Positions 61,584 through 64,000 of a DNA stretch of 64,000 bases are shown piece by piece. The DNA lies in NCBI GenBank assembly GCA_003971905.1, contig RSEE01000046.1:372001-436000 (forward strand). Direction: 5' to 3'. Under the pieces are notes generated by a model. That model had not been told where the DNA came from and made no database searches. It worked only from the letters and a program-made list of their open reading frames with translations. Position 1 is the stretch's first letter; each line of letters starts with the position of its first letter. This DNA comes from Moniliella sp. 'wahieum' (lineage: Eukaryota). The translations under genes and the position numbers were made by a program.

Positions 61584-64000
61584 TCAAGCTTGAACTTCAA
61601 GCACTCGGTGCCGCAAAGAAGGCGCGCCAAATTGGTCCAGCTCGGGCAGGCTAGCCAGAGCCTGGACCTCGCCCACCGCACGCGGCGAGAGCAGAGTCTG
61701 GATCGCGGCTGCCTGGGCCAAGGCCAGGACGGCACGGGGGCAGCGGAGGTGAGACCAGGCGGTGCGTCAGGCTGGGACGGAGCATGCAAAGCGCGACACG
61801 CTTGCAGCAGGGCGACCAAGGCACCCGCTAACGTATCGCCTGCCCCGGTCGTACTTACCACCCGCTCCGCACCCAGTTGGAGCGGAGGCGGGACATGGAT
61901 TAGTTCCCACTCGAGCAAGCCTGTGGGCCAAAGCTGGCCATGCGCCACGTCGTGCCCTCCTTCCAATCTTCCGTGGGGGGCAGGGGGGCAGGTGGGCAGC
62001 ACACTAGGTGGTAACGCGAGCAGAACACCCTGTGGACCGAGGGTGAGGGCAACGGGCCCAACCAGATGGGTGAAAGCCAAAAGTTGCGGTAAGGTGCCCA
62101 TCTTGTCCTCGGGCGCAGGGGGGAGGAGCGCAGCCAAGGCTTGATCGGCTTGTACCCCTTTGACGGTTTGGAAAGTGGACAAGAACGCCTCTGGTGCAAG
62201 CTGTTCCGCATGGGTCACCATCCTCTTCAATTCGAGCAGGTTAGGGGTGACAAGGCGCGTGCCCTTCGTTCTGCTCGCTTCTCCTTGCGCCGCCATCAAC
62301 GCTTCCACTGCCCGCACAGACTTGACCGCCGATGTAGGCTCCACCAGCGCTATTCCGCCCTCCGCACTGTTCTTCTCGAGCGCACCACGAAGGGTGGGTA
62401 CGGGCAGATTACTGTCCAGCACCATGGCCGCAGGAATCGTATTGGCAGCGTCATCGATACCGGCTCCCAAGCCAGCGGCAATCTGTTCCGTCGTCATCCG
62501 CTCCACCAATGATGTCTGGATCGCCCCCATTCCAACTCGCCGTTGGCGTCGAGGACGAGCGAGGCGGTGGGCGTGCCTTCCTGAGCGCTGTGGGCAGTGA
62601 GGCGGAGCAAGCCATCCATCCGCAGCTCGGGCGTTTCGGCGGCCCACAGTGTCTGAAGAAACATGGCGATCGGGTCATTCTGATTGATTGGTCCCACAAA
62701 GCGAACTGAACCTGGGCCAGGAAGAAGATGGGTGGGTGCATGTGGCGCCAGGGAGAGAGTATCAAGCATACGTTGCGCCGCTTCCGCCATGTTCGACCCA
62801 CGCCACCCAACGAGCGCGCACTGTACCTGGGCCAGTGGTATGGCGAGCGTGGGCAGCGTCAACAAGAAGTTGGGTTGTAATGTCCAGCACCGCACCACCA
62901 ATCACGTTGATCCAGGGTGCAGGAAGAGACTGACTAGAAACGCCCGATGGCGCACGCTGTCCGATTCAGCAAGACGAGGGGAAGAAAAAGGTGCATTTCG
63001 CATCAGCCCCACCGCGTATAGGATCTACGCATCCACCAGAATCAGTCACTCACCTCCTGGCCCGGCTGCACTGAGGCATACACCTTTTCCTCGGCCGGCC
63101 GGCTGTTGAGGCGGGCGAGATCAACGGCAGTCCAGGCGGCGAGCTTGGCATTGTTGGTAACCAGCGCCACATTCGAATCGACCGAGGCAGGGCACAATTC
63201 CTTGACCCGCTTCAAGAGCCAAGGTGTGGCATCCTTACCCGAGGAAGCAATTCCTTGCTCCTCCGATTCCCGCACTGCCTGCTCCACCACTGCTGTGATC
63301 TCCTCACCCATCTCGTGCTCGATCGGGATCGGAACCCCAAACACCAGCCCGCCAGCCAGGTGGGCCCGATGAGAAGCAGCAATCCACGCAGCTGCGTGCT
63401 GTGTTCCGGCAATCGGGCACCTGCCGTGTCGACGCGGCGGTATAGAACGAAGGAAAGGCGGTGTGGTGTTCAAGGCGGTGGCCCAGGAGCCCGGGGTCGC
63501 CGAAGGCAATTCGTACTCGGCGGCTGGCAGCCTGCGCGCCTGGCGAAAGGCAGCTACACTCACCCCTTGAGTTTCAAGGTACTCGAGTGTACGAGGAATG
63601 TCAAGAATTGACTTGGCGCCCGAACAAAACACTGCCACAGGCGTCCGACCCAGCTCTGCCAGGTCGGCTGAAACGTCGAGGGAGTTGTGGCCGCCACGGT
63701 GCACACCGCCAATGCCACCAGTGGCAAAGATGGGGATGCCGGCCGCATGAGAGAGAACCATGGTGCCGCTCACCGTTGTGCCGCCCACCGCCAGGCCCAG
63801 CAGCCAGCACACGTGCAATGTCTCGTCGCGACGTCTTGACGGGCGCTGGGGTGCCCTCGGCAGGCGGCTCGGCGAGACGGGCGAGTTGGGCGGGGGTGAG
63901 TCCGACGAGGGCCTTGCCGTCGATCAGAGCCGTGGTGGCAGGCACGGCGCCGGCGGTGCGCACCATGTTCTCGACTTGGTTCGCGGCCTCGAGGTTGCGC
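61584..64000 (-). CDS. Bifunctional pseudouridine-5'-phosphate glycosidase (IndA/PsuG) - PfkB pseudouridine kinase (PsuK) fusion, 5' end outside window
   Basis: VKTSRRD, GGTTVSGTM, FATGGIGGVHRGG, DVSADLAELGRTPV, SGAKSILDIPRTLEYLETQGV, GKDATPWLL, NVALVTNNA. PfkB half has GGVGRN.AEAA, TPNLLEL and VSTTGAGDTLAG. Confidence 0.92.

Noticed and set aside
2432..64000. Calling the frameshifted genes pseudogenes, or invoking programmed frameshifting/RNA editing
   Set aside because: Indels hit essential genes uniformly and cluster at homopolymers while motifs stay intact, which is typical of long-read consensus error.
61584..64000. Indigoidine pigment cluster or a novel fusion
   Set aside because: The IndA/PsuG-PfkB fusion is the established eukaryotic pseudouridine-catabolism enzyme, and no NRPS is nearby.
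1..64000. tRNA, rRNA, intact transposon or secondary-metabolite cluster
   Set aside because: No cloverleaf/A-B box pattern, rRNA similarity, transposase/RT motifs or PKS/NRPS domains were recognised by eye. tRNAscan-SE/Infernal would be needed to exclude small RNAs.

Overview
Gene-dense, GC-rich eukaryotic genomic DNA from a basidiomycete fungus, most likely Ustilaginomycotina (inferred from compact genes, few short GT..CTRAC..YAG introns and protein style). About 24 protein-coding genes can be reconstructed: ALG9, TRM8, NAT3, a GPI-anchored Ser/Thr-rich protein, UFD1, an acetolactate decarboxylase homologue, a C2H2/basic-region factor, a RAD51 paralogue, OXA1, a NIPA Mg transporter, SED5, a PEP12-like syntaxin, GPC1, a Dabb protein, a DUF1640 protein, a Fus3/Kss1-type MAPK, a sugar porter, an HRK1-type kinase, a NAC-alpha paralogue, TAO3, an MRP1-like SOD-fold protein, ERG28, a PsuG-PsuK fusion and several hypotheticals. 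Nearly every gene, including essential ones, is broken by single-base indels, often at homopolymers. I read this as noisy long-read consensus error, so gene boundaries are approximate. The most unusual signals are: (1) a recurring intergenic period-7 grammar of a 6-bp palindrome plus 1 nt, i.e. (T-N-A + palindromic tetramer)n, that uses many different palindromes; (2) a MAPK with S-E-Y instead of T-x-Y and an eroded docking patch; (3) an intronless alpha-acetolactate decarboxylase homologue with intact Zn ligands but altered substrate-site residues; (4) a divergent NAC-alpha paralogue; (5) a head-to-head pair of Qa-SNARE genes. No rRNA, tRNA, CRISPR or intact transposon was recognised.
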